From NCBI RefSeq assembly GCF_009914755.1, contig NC_060926.1: a DNA stretch of 64,000 bases, one strand, 5' to 3'. Both the position numbers and the translations under genes were made by a program. Shown in pieces: positions 28,920 through 42,291 of this stretch. The stretch is from the human T2T-CHM13v2.0 reference genome, Homo sapiens. A model generated the notes under the pieces. It searched no databases. It saw only the letters and a program-made list of their open reading frames with translations, and was not told the DNA's origin. The first letter of the stretch is position 1. The number at the start of each line of letters is the position of its first letter.

Positions 28920-31900
28920 GTGAGCAGGGGCCACAGCTAATTAGCTATGTGAGGCTAGCACTCTGTTTACTGGAACTGTACTAACAAGTTGCAGCTTTTT
29001 CCAACGCAGAAGAGTCATCGCACACATGCCAGCCAGGAGCCCTTTACTCCAACAGTTTAGGGACAGAGGTGCTACTTCCTTACTACACAAAAACCATGAA
29101 ACATGAATATCTTTGTGCTGAGAGCCACTTTTAATCTATGTTTCCACCTTTCATAAGCTGTCACTTAAAGAGATAGTAAAATAAGTTGCTTTATAGAATC
29201 TGATATTACTCTAAGAGGATTTACACTTTTAAATGAGTATTTCTTTTTTCTTTGTTAGCAGTCCTTGGGTTGTATCAGGGAATCAGCTAAGTCTGAGAAA
29301 CATAGCTAAGATGGGCCTTCTCATTTGAGTTAAAAGGGTGACAGAAGCAGAGGAAAAGACTAGAAGTTTAGTGGGAATTAAAGAGACAAGCTCTGTCTTA
29401 TTCCATTGATATTTGATAGATTTGTTGTTCACAAACATAATGTGTTGAAGGATATATTTTCAACTTTTGCTATAGAACCAGCATGGTTGAAATAATTTTA
29501 AAGGTATTCTAAGTTTTTTTCAATGTAAGGGAAAATTTCCATGTAAATTTTTATTCACCTGTTAGAAGAGCTTCTCTGATACCTTCAAGAAGTGATAGGC
29601 CATTTTGTAGCTTTCATTTCCTTTAGAAACAAATGCAGACATTTCATGACAAATGAATTCGGCACATTTAGGGGAGCAGTTAATGCTGATATGTCTCTTA
29701 TTATTATGGGAGCATGATCTCAAATACTTTTACACCTTGGGAATTGAGAAACTTCGGAGTACTTTGCAAAGTTAATGAAAATTAGCAGTATCATCCTCTG
29801 AATTACTTCTGCCAGAAGCCCAAATTTTCACAAATGGACCCATTTTTTCATGTAGCAAATCTACCGTCTACTCTTACACAGTCCCCAATTTTTTGGTCAT
29901 AGACCAGTATTTTGCTGAGTTCCTACTCTCTTTCTTAGTCAAAATCAGTTTGCTTAGAGACTTTCAGGAAACAGGATTTCAAAATAATTCTAAAAGCCGG
30001 TATATTGTTATATAAGTGGATGACTTTTCATGGGCTCTTACACTCGGAATTGATAAATATTTTTATTCATTTTCCAGTGAAAACTATGGATTATACATCT
30101 TGAAAATATGTGCAGTGCTCCTAGCACCATTGGGTGAAATGAAATCTATTAGGAGTATAAATATTTTCAGTAAAGTCTGTTATGAATGTAGTATTTAATT
30201 TTGGCGCTGTTTAAAATTCATTTATTTATATTTATCATCAAAAGCACACTTCAGAGTGGATTTCAATAAACATCCATATTTAGAAATTCAAAAATGTATT
30301 AAACATGTTCATTCATTTCTTGTTGGTAATTTAAAACAAGCAAACTTTTTTTCTTAATAAAAGTGTTTTTTTTTTTTAATTTCTTTAACTTTAAACAAAA
30401 TTCTCTCTCCAGGTGGAAAGTTGATTACCAATCTTTGGTCTGGAGGTAAATTTTACAGCTGTTTTAAACCCATGAAAGTGGGTCTTATATTGGAAGTGCT
30501 GACACAGCCTTATCCACCGTGGATCAGCATGAACTATACCGCTGTAATAAGCAGTTATTATGTATGTGTAAAAATAATGAGAGGCCGTGTCTGAAGAGAG
30601 TTAATGTAAAATGCTAAGCAATTATAGTTGGTTACACAGTATAGGTTAATATTCCTTCATATAGCTGCATTTTTTCTTCTTTTGTCCTCCAGAACTCCTA
30701 ATGAAAATTTTGAGACCTGACTGTAATGATAAGCAGCCATTCACACGTCCTTTGTGTCAAGGCTGTTGCATTAATGCTTCCCTTCATATAACATTTTGCA
30801 TAGCCTAAAGCATCTATTAAAATCCTTTGTAAAATTCATGAAACAAAAGTGGTGGGTTGAGTCTAGGGGGAGAGAAAGTAAGCTGCTTATTAGCAAAAAG
30901 TCAAAAACACAGGGCCAATTACAGATCTGAACAAGAAGGGCTAAGGAACAGCGTGGGGAGTAATTCTTTCTTCAGCCCAATGGGCTCAAGCGAGGGGCAG
31001 GTTAAATGAAAATAGAGCAACAGTCTGAGCAGTAATTAAACGGAAATGTTTGGAGTTAGAAACAGCTCTATAACAACAGGAAGAAATGCTCAACTAAAAC
31101 AATTGTCTAGCCTCACGAACATGCTAAATTGGAAGGATTTAGGGGTTGTTCCCTAAAGGAGAGACTGCGGGTAGTGAAGGGGAGCAGGGGCTCAGGAGAT
31201 ATGTAAAGAATCTGTTTGGTATTTCAAATGTTATAAATTAGATTTATAAAGAGACAGAGAGACAGAGAGAGAGTATGCCTTCCTATTGAACCAGCAACAT
31301 AAAACTGAATAAACCACAATAAGATTGCCCTTTTTCTGTTATAAACTTGGCATTAAGCTTGTCATGTTCAATGACAGCCTACTAGGCCTCATGCTTTACC
31401 CTTTGGAATTTGAAAGATTGGCAGGTGTCATGATTTCCTTAACATAAAAGACCTTGCAGATAATGTTCACCATGCACATTTATACTTCCATAACTCCACT
31501 TCCCTCGTTTTGGTATCGTCAGGTGAGCTTTCCACGCAGGCTGTTGGTGCTGGGGCTGCCCAGAAGCCTGTCTGGCCTGAGGACAATGTTTACTGCAAAA
31601 GGAGCTTGCAGTAGAGGCCGTACTTTTATGATTCTCCTTAGCAGTCTAAACATGCCCCACATTTACAATAATGAGCTGCTTTGTAGAGAGCGGCTCTCTG
31701 AGAGCATTGTTACTTTTCTTTGAAATGTTGAATGCAACCAGAATGGCTCTTGTCTGACTTAAGGCTAGAAACAGGGTCTCATTTAAACAATAATCCCCTC
31801 TCTTTGCAACCACCCACCCCAGCCAGATCCTTCCAATAACTCCAAGAGAAAAAAGTAAAATCAACGTTGAGGGAAATACAAACTCCCATTGAAGGCTAAG

Positions 31901-32119
31901 AGTTCCGTTTCAATTGGTATCACCTAAGGGCAACTGTTTGCTACCAACCAATGCCACTTGAAAATAAACAAATGGATCTTTTCAGAAGAATTAGTGTCAA
32001 GAATGAGAATCTTACATTTTTTCCAACCCGAAGAGAAAGTATGAGTAGTTGGCTAGGCATTAACCATTTACAAAATAGTTTCATATGGGATTTCAATAAA
32101 TCTGGCCCCATACATTTTA

Positions 32120-32360
32120 ATCTTTTTATTATGGAAAAAAATACATATAGAAAAGAGACAGAATAACCTAATAACTCCGTGTATACTCATCATTCAGCTT
32201 TAATGAATATCATCTCATGCTCATGGTCATTCTGGTTTCACTAATGCCCCGTCCACTCCCCGACTTGTTTAGTTTTGAAGCAAACCCTAGGCATCATTTA
32301 ATTTATCACATCTATAAACATTTCAGGGCCTATGTCTAAAAGAAAAGAATTCCTTTGCTT
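32120..32360 (-). mobile_element. L1MC4/5-like 3' fragment
   Basis: TTTTGAAGCAAACCCTAGGCATCAT...ATAAACATTTCAG...TCTAAAAGAAAAG. Confidence 0.65.
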
Positions 32361-33309
32361 TTTGTTTTAACAGATCAAGGAAATATTTTGAACCTCCAAC
32401 CCTTTGAGAGTTTTGTGGACTTTTTTTTTCCATGAGCTGCATTTCTCAAAATAATATAATCGTATCATATATTAGAAATATAAAGAAAATCTCAAGAGCA
32501 TCACTGGTCTCCGGTTTGCTTTGGAGGCGCGTTTTCTCACTTATTTCGGAGATTTGGGTAACTGAATTTTTCTTCTGTTAGCCATTGTCATATTACTTGT
32601 AAATTTTCACTTTTGGCATTCAAATCAATAACATTTTAATATATCTATCTTCTTAGAAATTGTTTTCACAAAAATCTTGACTCAAAAGTATATATTGGGC
32701 ACTTACTGTGTGCCAAGTTCTGCATTAGGTACAGGAAGCCAAGCAGCCAGGCAAGGGAAGCAAGACACAGAAAATTAATCTCCCCTCTCACTGATCCCCA
32801 AACTTTGCTGGACATCTTACAGGGGTTGTGGCATTTGATTGCCTTCTATATTGGTAGATGTTGCTAGATAAAAAATAAATATGTTTTTTGAAAAAGGAAT
32901 AGGAAATTTGTCCTTTCCCATCCTAATACTACTGTTGTTTCCTTAATGGCCCCAAAAGATAAATATTTTACTCAGATGTAAACCATGTGAACGCCTCAGT
33001 CATTGGTATAAGGTTTACCTAAGTCTTACAAAGAAAAATATCCCTATCCTTATGAATACATTGTAAATATACAAGAGTGAATTATTATATTTTTTAAAAT
33101 CTAAATAGATTTCTTTTTTAATTAAATAAAGCATTTTTTCCTATTTTCTTACCTTGATATTTTCAATAATTGGCAAAAAATATATAGCAATTTTAAAATG
33201 GCAATATTTTTTCTCTGATTTCCTTAGAACATCAAAGGGGTAAGACTTGATCATTTGACTGGACAAGATGATGTACTTTTCTTTAAGGAATGGAAGATAC
33301 TGATTCTTT

Positions 33310-33880
33310 AAAACTTTTTTTATTGTTATGTACAAAAGACTATTTGCAACATAAATTTGAATTACAAAGCATAATATTAAAATGAACAGTGTGACCTTCC
33401 ACCCAATTCAAAACTATGACACCACCAAAGCCTTTGACACCTCCACTCTGCCCCCATTTCCAGCTCTTGAGGTAATTTTATCCTGAATTTTCTATGTATA
33501 CTATTTTATAGACTTTAAAAAATAAATTTGCTATATATGTGTATATTACTATGATTGTTCAGTTTTGTTTGTTTTGAGACTTTATAAAGTAGTACCATAT
33601 CCTATGTGGTCTTTTAAAACTTGCTTTTCTCATTTCATATTATTTCTCTGAGATTCATTCCGAACATATGTGCCTATGTTTTTATGTGTCATTCATTTTC
33701 TCTATTGTATAATACTCCATTTTGTGAATAGAAGATAATTATTTGTCCATTACTTTGTCAATGGGCATTGAGTGGGTTCTGGTGTGTTGGCTTGTTCATT
33801 TGCTATTATTACACACAACAGTGCTGTGAACATTCTTAATTTTGTCTCCTGGTGTGTATAAGCAAGAATTTCTCTAATAC
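33310..33880 (-). mobile_element. L1ME-like 3' fragment
   Basis: TTTCTCTGAGATTCATTC...ATAATACTCCATTTTGTGAATA...GCTGTGAACATTCTT. Confidence 0.7.
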
Positions 33881-36800
33881 TCATTTTTTTCCTCCTAAAA
33901 ATTTCACTAATGGCAGTGGGGGATATACTGGTACCCTTTTTCTATTAATAAAGCCCTATTAAGTTCCACAAATTATTTTAATTTAAAGTGAAAATGATAG
34001 TTTTGAAAGCATAGCTCTGATGTACATAGGACAATGGTATCATGACTCAACAGCTGGAAGATATAGCATGGATTGGCTCATGAAGCCCTTGAACTGGGAG
34101 AGTGAACCAAGATAAAAATGTCAGAAGTTTCTGAACTGAAGGACCCAAAAAACTGCTCAAGGAAACCATGCTGAAAGTGGCTTAGTTCCATTTGCTAAAA
34201 GAGGTTGCATTAATAAGAAGGGGGCATAAAAGGAAACAGAGTCATTTTATGCCACATGATTGTGGGAACTTCATTTAAGCTACTCTTTTTGTTTTCCAAA
34301 AGAGCATCATAAACAAAACAAAACAAAAGGAAAAAAATACTCATATGGTGTCAATCTCCAGAATATTAAATGAAAATGCATGTTTGGCAAAATACCTCAG
34401 GATTTTCTAAACTATTATCTCCCTATAGTTTCACTAACATGTTAACCTACTTAGAGCAATTAGTGCTTCATTAGTAAGGCTAACTAACTGTTGCCGGGCC
34501 CTGTAATGATTTGCCAGGCTTTCCAGATACAAGTGCATAATCAATGTTTTCCAATTACTTCTATAGTGCAACCACTATTTCAAATAAACTAGATAATAAT
34601 ACAAACCCATTACTGGAGCTGAAGTAGCAGAGGCATTTAATTGCTAGGCAGTTCTTCTCAGCTTTTAAAATTTTTCACACTAATGAAGTGTCATACAAAA
34701 AAGTTGTATTGATTTTTCCACCACATGGCTTCAACCACAAATATGTAATTATCCCTTTTATATCTAGCTGGGGGATTAAAATAATCTATAGTATATAGCC
34801 TTTACTTATCCCTGATGGGTTTAGTAGTACTTTTACCCTTTTCAAAATATGCAGCCCTTTGATGAATGAACTTTAGGCAAAATGTTGCTTTATCTGTTTC
34901 AAATCTTTGCTTTTTAAAGTCAGTTTGTGTGCAGGCGTTAAAGTATGAAATCTCGAGCTTCTGAAACCTCCTAAAGAACACATTCTGATATAATTTAACT
35001 TACTGACTGCATCATAGATATTTTTCTCCACTAAAGAAATCAACATGGGTATACAGTATTGCACATTAGCCATGCCTACATTTGCATTTCACTGTACTTA
35101 CATTTTTATTCATAGCTAACATTTTATTAACCATGTTATATTTTTACACAAATAAAGTGTTCTCGGCATTAATTGGAGCCAATTCTTTCCCACGTTTTCA
35201 GAAAAAAAAAAAACGTAAGAATAATCCACTGGCATTAAATTTCTTATTTTCTCATCACAGTTTGGTCAATAAACGAGGGGGAAAAAGTATTTTCTTTATG
35301 AAAAGAGAAAGTCATTATAAGTATAAAATGAATTTTGCAGAGATCAGATATTAATGCCGGGAGCATAGGGCTTTTTAAAAATTAGCCTGTCTTTCTTGAT
35401 CTTTTTACACATAAATTGGTTCCTTTCAGCATTTTTGCTGAAAATTCTTTTGGTTACACTTTAACATTATTTCAATTATGGTCAGTGTAAAAGTAGATTC
35501 AAAAGGGTAAAAAATACAGCTTAAATGTCTGCAAGACCTTGTTCATAACATTCATATGTCAAAAACTGTATCTCCCTATAGTTTGAGTAACACGTTAACC
35601 TACTTACCACCCTGAGTTTTCCCAGACGCAAGGATTTTTTAGATTTCTTGCCTTTCTGTGTTTTGTGGTTTGAGGAAACATTCACAGTCAAATTATATTC
35701 CAAAGTTTGAAAATTCTGTCAAGGTGACTGTGGATATTTTTTTAAATAAGTCAACATTGGAAAATGGCAAAAATTTAGTGGTGTAGAGATATAAACTTAA
35801 TTTTTTGGGTGACATTTTAAACCTAGGTATTTCATGTTAACTTTAAAATTTTTCCAAGCAGAGGATTTATGGAAAAACAAGTGACTATAAAGAACTGCTT
35901 CATACCAAGAAGAACAGGCTAAAAATAAAAACATCCAAAGTTACCATGGATATGTAGATCTCAATAATAATTACAGTATGTTTAATCTGTTTTCATAAAT
36001 GTTGCAAACATTCCTTTTTTAAGTATCAATTTTATATACTGTGCTATCGTACCAAATTGTAAAAGAAGCAAACATAAACAAGTATATTTTTAAAATAAAT
36101 AAAACTATGAATTTAAAGGCCAGTTATGTATAATATTTGCATCTAACATCTATGGAAAATATCTTTCATGGTAGAGGTGAGATCTGCAGATGGAGGGTAA
36201 AGGCAAATGAAAAATGGGTAAAGTAGGGCAGCTTGGATACTAAGGAAAGCTACAGTTTATTTTTAAATTAATTCACACACATAATGTTTTAGTATTGATT
36301 TCTTTTTAAAAATGCCCTTGGATTTATTCTACATGATTCTTCCTATATGGAGGATTAGTGTCCCTGGCCTTCTGTTGTTTGCTTTTCTTATATTTTAAAA
36401 CATTGGTCTAATCATCTTTAGGGATCCAGAGAAGCAGTGGTCATGTCCACGCTGGAACAGGTCGAGAGGTGATATTCCTTCTAATGTAACATACACTATT
36501 AGTTTCAACCTTGATTTCCACATGCTATGTACAGTATACATGCAGCCTTATGTGGTGGTAAAATACAAGTAAGAAATATGACTGTATCAAAAACAGATTA
36601 TCGTCAGGAATTGTGAGAAAGATAAAAAGTGGAATTTCTGTCAAGAAGAAAGAATGAGATGAGCTCCGCACTATGGATTTCAACTCTCCAGTCTGCATGT
36701 GACTGGGAGTGGTGCATGTTTCCAAGATACTAAAACGCCATTACCTTGACCGTCGACATGAAGCGATCAGAGTCATATTTATTGATGAAACCCTCAGCTC

Positions 36801-38624
36801 CCAACCTGCCGCACTGAGTGTGCATCATACAGCTGTCAGCAGAGCCAGGGCACCACAGCGATGAGTGCTTGTGACATTTCCCTTTCATAATTTATGAAAA
36901 CAAAAGATCTTGAAGTTTGTAGGACACCAGAGTAATTTTAAAATAGTCTTCACGAAGGCTATATTGTGGTCCGTACAATAAGCACTTTCCTGGCTTACGG
37001 TTTTTAGGAGAATCAATTGCAAACCAAATTAGAACCATAAACACGGCCATTATTTAAGGATTCTAATCCTGACATGAGGGTTACAAGTACAACCAGCTAT
37101 TTAGGGTGGTGGTTAATTACCATCATGCCAGAGCATAATTCTCTTCATCGTGTGTGATGGTTTCACCTACACATGATTTCACAGGGGTTTTATGAGTTTA
37201 AGACCCTAAAAATCCACTTAAGTATTTTACTTCTTCAAGGTAATATTTTTCATCTGTGACACTGCTTGGTAGCTAAAAGAGAAAGCATTATTTAAAACTA
37301 AAAACTTTAAGCAAAGAGCAAAAGGATTGAGTCTTCCATACTATTATATTAGATTTGATTGAACAAGTCAGTAATGACCATGAACTGTAATTTTGAGGGG
37401 GGAGATCTCCCCAGTAAGAAATTACCCCTGAATGAAGAGTAGCAAATTGTGCCACACTGTGAGATTTTTTTGAATGTATACATATATTTTTAAAAAGTAG
37501 AAAAAACACAATATGTGACATGTGTGAATACATGCATTTTGGAATCAAGTGACCTTTATGCTCAAGTTGTTCAAGTTCAAACTTAACCAAGAAAACATCT
37601 TACAGAAATGCTAATCAATTGCCTGGTTTTGTTCATTTTGTGGTGTTGAGGTGGAGGAGAATGGGAAAGAAGACTGGGGAGAAAGATCACTGGACATATC
37701 CCATGTTTAGACATATATGATTAAAAAAAGTATGATTTTCACATCATCATTTCATTCTGCCTAGCGTACTTATGCACCTACCTATGAAATAGAATGTGGC
37801 TTATAACTATAGAATAACAAAATTACATCAAATAGGAATATGCTGTCCATATGTACATAAAATAATTTCATTATTAAAATTAATTTTATCTTAGTATCTT
37901 CCATCATCTTTCCAAACAGGAAAACAGGAAGCAATTTATTTTTCTATTCTACCCACTAAGTTAGAAATGCAATATACACTTCTAAGGCTAATTATTCAAA
38001 CATATCAGAATTCCTGAAAATGACCTTGAAGCAATTAAGGGCATGTATTATATGTTTAAGGCTAGTATATATTCCCCAGAAAAGGCCTCAATCCTTATTC
38101 AGGGGAAGAAGCTGGGGAAAAGGTTGTCTTGCATTGTGTGTATGGAAAATGGGGGCACAATGGCACCAGGGTCTCAAACTGATGTAAGCAGCTCTTTCTG
38201 TTATTTGACAGGCAGCCCAGAAAACATGGGGTGATGCCTCCCAGGCTGCAAGATCAGGAAAAAATGCCCAGAACCACCCCTCCTCCCATGCATTGGCATC
38301 CCTGATAGAAAGGCAGTCCTTCTGTTCCCACGCTCTTAGCCCAAGGCCACAGTTTTTATCCCCTTCACCAACACCCACCTGGAAGAAGATGCAGGAATGA
38401 AGAAGAGCATTTTGGACCTGAGTGTGAGCAATGCTGGTCCTCACACCTGAAACACAACCCCAGCAGGGGCTACCGGTCCCTATGTGACTCCTCCTAAACT
38501 TCCACTGCTGACAGTCAGCGTTGAGAGAGGATTACGGATTGTAGATAAGACTGATATAAAGAGAAACTGAAAGTAGGGACATTTTGGCCTGGAGGCCATG
38601 GGCCTCTGAGGTTGTGCTCTTTTT

Positions 38625-38760
38625 TATTCCTAGCTGTGACTTAGATCAGCTTCCTGATCTCTACAATGAGCCTCACAGAGATGATTTGAGGATTAATTGA
38701 GATAAGGCACAGACCATAGTGGCTGGCACATAGCCCTCAAGAAGTAACAGCTACTACTAT
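38625..38760 (+). mobile_element. MIR
   Basis: CTAGCTGTGACTTAG...GAGGATTAATTGAGATAA...GGCTGGCACATAG. Confidence 0.6.
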
Positions 38761-38796
38761 ATTATTGTTGTTCAATGCACGAGATATAAATGCCTC

Positions 38797-39055
38797 TGTG
38801 AGTGTATGTGTGTGCATCTCTGTGTGTGTACATATGCATGCGTGTGTGTGTGCGTGTGCACCTATTTTCTCCTGGATCCAAAGTGTGCATGCCTATTATC
38901 CAAAGGAGGATAAGAAGGAGATAACTGGGTTTAAAACCGGAGAGTGGGAAGAGAGAGAGGAGGAGGAGGAGGAAGAGACAGAGAGAAAAGAGAGAGGGAA
39001 AGAGAATGGAAGAAGAAGGGAAGGAAAAAAGGTATAAGAAAGAAAAAGAAAAAAT
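38797..39055. repeat. Imperfect (TG)n followed by a GA-rich low-complexity tract
   Basis: Direct reading of the sequence. Confidence 0.85.
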
Positions 39056-42000
39056 TATAAAAAGTCTTAGCACCTGACCCTCCTCCACGACGTGGGCATT
39101 CTTTCAACTCTTCCCCTTCAGACCCTCCAAACTGGGGCACCAATCCCAATAGGTAGGTGAGATCCCATCCAATTTATGCTGTCAGTTCATGTTCCAGATC
39201 CCCTCCCCCTTATTTCTATCTCGCAGTGATGAAGCCAGAGGAGCAGTGTAGCACGGGGGTTGAGATGAAGCCTGTCAGACAGCATCAGAGCTGAAAATTA
39301 CAGCTGATTAAAGGAGTAAAAAAACCTCCAGGATCGTTTGGTATTCTCAAAATTGACAAGTTAAGGTGCTACCCCTTTAAATGTCTGGTTGGTCTCCCAG
39401 CGCTGAGATGGAGCTTTTTCTGGACCCCTGTTTGTAAACCTGAGAAACAGAAAGGAGTGACCTCCCCACCTTTGATGAAGCTTTAAAAGCTTTGTTTTCA
39501 CTCTCCAGTGTTTTTTAATCTTAAAAACAAAACACCAGGAAACTTCAGTTTCAGCATAAACAGCCCATTTTCCTAACAGGAGTAAAGCTTCAAAAGCCTA
39601 GGAAGCGGGTGAATGTGAATACTGGCAGCTGCAGTTTATTTTCCAGGAGGTTAAAAAAGCTGCAAAGCCCTGTTTCCCTTTCCAAAGGAACATAGGAAAC
39701 GATCTCCTTTGCAGTGGAAATAAAAACGTGAAGTTGGTACTTACCGACGGTCACACTAATATAATGCCCTCTAAAAAGCCTGCGATAACCGTATTCACAG
39801 CCATTAAATTCAGGGATGCAATGGAAGCTCGCAGTAATGCTGGCCTTATGGAGACTAGTGGTGCACGGCCTCACATCTTCCTACTACTTACTGTTTTTCT
39901 GTTTGCTGCTCTTTATGGGAGCGCACATTTTTATTTTTTTATGGATGTTAAAACATTGATAACTGTGCAAGGTCAATGTAGAAAGCCTTGCATAGAAACT
40001 GAAGCTGTGCAAGTAGCCACAAGGGATGGATTAAACCTAGAAGAAGCTAAAGTGAACATTGAAAATGTGTAATGGCCATTTTAGGATGCTTGTATCAAAA
40101 TGGCAGGCTGGAATAGACAAGCCAACGACCATCAAGACTGTCATAGGATCAACCTGTGTCCATGGCCAAGGTGATGAGGAGAAGTTCTTAGGGCCTGGCC
40201 TGGTGACCTGTGAGGGCCTCCATTCTGCCTCTTTCTAGCCTGTTCTACCCTCAGTTTCTCTATCCCACCCCCATTTCTTCACAGGCTACCCTATGGGTAC
40301 CCCCTACCTCCCTATATGGTGTTTGCCTTGTCCCCGGACTCCTACCTAGGACCCAAACTGGCCACTTGCCTTAAAGATGCCTGGGTTTTTACTTAAAGAC
40401 AGCTACTCTGAGTCTTCCATCGTCTGGTATGTGTTTGATAATTAATGGATTTCTCGTGAAAAGATGAGAACACCATTGCATTTTTTTTCTTCAAACATGG
40501 GAAAGAATCGGCTTATAAACCAGCTGCACACGGTTATCTCTGATTAGCCTTCAACCCTATTTCACAGGTTGTAGGGCCTCAGTTGTTGCAAGTTAAGTCT
40601 TTCAGAGAAAATCAACAAACCCAATGAGTTAACTGACAGGGTTGTTTGGAGCCATGATAATGCAGGGAGCTGAATAGGAGGAAGGGGAGCAGGATTGTTT
40701 AATATGCCAGGTTTTCGTGGCCAAGGCTCTTGGGAAGAGCAAGAGGTTCTGTCCTTGAATCCCACCATTTACTAGCCGTGCAACCACAGACAATTCACTT
40801 TACCTCTCAGGTCATTAGTCTTCTCCTCTATAAAATGAGCATAAGCCTACCCGCCCTGCTGTCCAACTGTAATAGGCAGCACTACACAAATGTTAGATTT
40901 TGCCTATTTAGCCAACAGAAAAATAAGCAAACATCTGGAAAGAAGACTGGTCAAACAAGCAAAAGACCATCACTCTAATATCTGCTTCTTCACTGATTGA
41001 GTTCATCTGTCTCCATTTCTTCATCTGTAAAATGGAGTAATAAGCCAGGCTTTTTACTTTACAGAAGATAGCATAACGTACTATTTATGAAAATGCTTTG
41101 AAAAATGTCAAAGTTGTATAAACATGCAGTATTATTATTTCTATTTTACAATAGAAGCACTTTAAAAAAGTGTTATCCTGATGTCTGCATCTAATCTCTT
41201 TAGGCATGATTCTGTTTAAAACCTGATATTTCAATCAAATAAATACATAAACATTTAACACATTCCCATGAAACATACAAAGTCTCAAAACACTGTTGTT
41301 TATTCACAGATTTCTTTTTTCACAGGGCATATCCTCCCATAGTCTTCCTTCTGATAGTCACAGACTTCAAAGCAATGTCTAGACCACGTCAACCTTCATT
41401 CAAAAAGTAAAAAGTTCAAATTTTTGCCCGTGTGACTGGAAACAATGAGTCTGGCTGGTTGTGGTTATTAACATAGTCAATTCAGTAAGTTAACTGGACC
41501 AATGACTGGTTCCTTTACTGAAAATCAAAATGCATGGCCTCTCAGATCACAGCAATGCTTATGCCCTCAGGAGGATTTCAGTCTAGTTGGACAGAAGGAT
41601 GTGCACACAAGGAAGAAATTCAACATCTCTGTCATGTGTACAGAAGTGGTCTTCTGCTGGATTTCTTTCTTTTTCTTTTTACTACAAACCACTTTCAGAA
41701 GGATAAATTTGTTCCAGCCTTCACGATAATTATTGGCAGTATTTCTAAATCCTCTAACCTTTGCCTGTTGCATGGGTAGATTCATAAGGGCTTGAGGATA
41801 GTAATTTGTGCCCAGCTTTTTTCCTCTTTTGACTTTAGTTCTGATATCACATCATGATTCAAAGCTTGGTGCACCATAAATTTTCTCCAAATGTGTAGTA
41901 ATTCCTATGTGCAGTCCAAAGTTATGATTCATTTATACTGGAGTGACAGCATAATACCTAGGTGTCAGAATCCATTAAAACTGTTCAATGTCTTCTGTTT

Positions 42001-42228
42001 ATTTTTCGAACCAATTGAGACTTAACTGATGGTGAAAAATATACAGTCAAGTGTGTTTACTTCACCTTTACAAAGAATCCGTTATAGTCCCAATTAATTT
42101 GTTATTCCTGTCACAACAGGTACTGGAAATTTCAAAACTGTCATTACTGTTTCTGCCTTTCTTTCGAGGCCTTGTGTTTATTTTTAGCCCATTCAGAGAT
42201 GTCTGTCTGTTGTGAGCTAAGGATTTCT

Positions 42229-42291
42229 CTGTGTGTGTGTGTGTGTGTGTGCGTGTGTGTATGAGAGAGAGAGAGAAAGAGAGAGAGAGAA
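42229..42291. repeat. (TG)n(AG)n compound microsatellite
   Basis: Direct reading of the sequence. Confidence 0.92.

Noticed and set aside
34416-35606. CRISPR-like or LTR-pair interpretation of the duplicated 38-mer
   Set aside because: Only two copies 1.15 kb apart in human DNA, with no spacer array and no TG...CA LTR structure
33140-36750. Minus-strand gene suggested by donor-like sites at ~33152, 35606 and 36746
   Set aside because: No matching acceptors with credible open exons; such motifs occur by chance at this frequency
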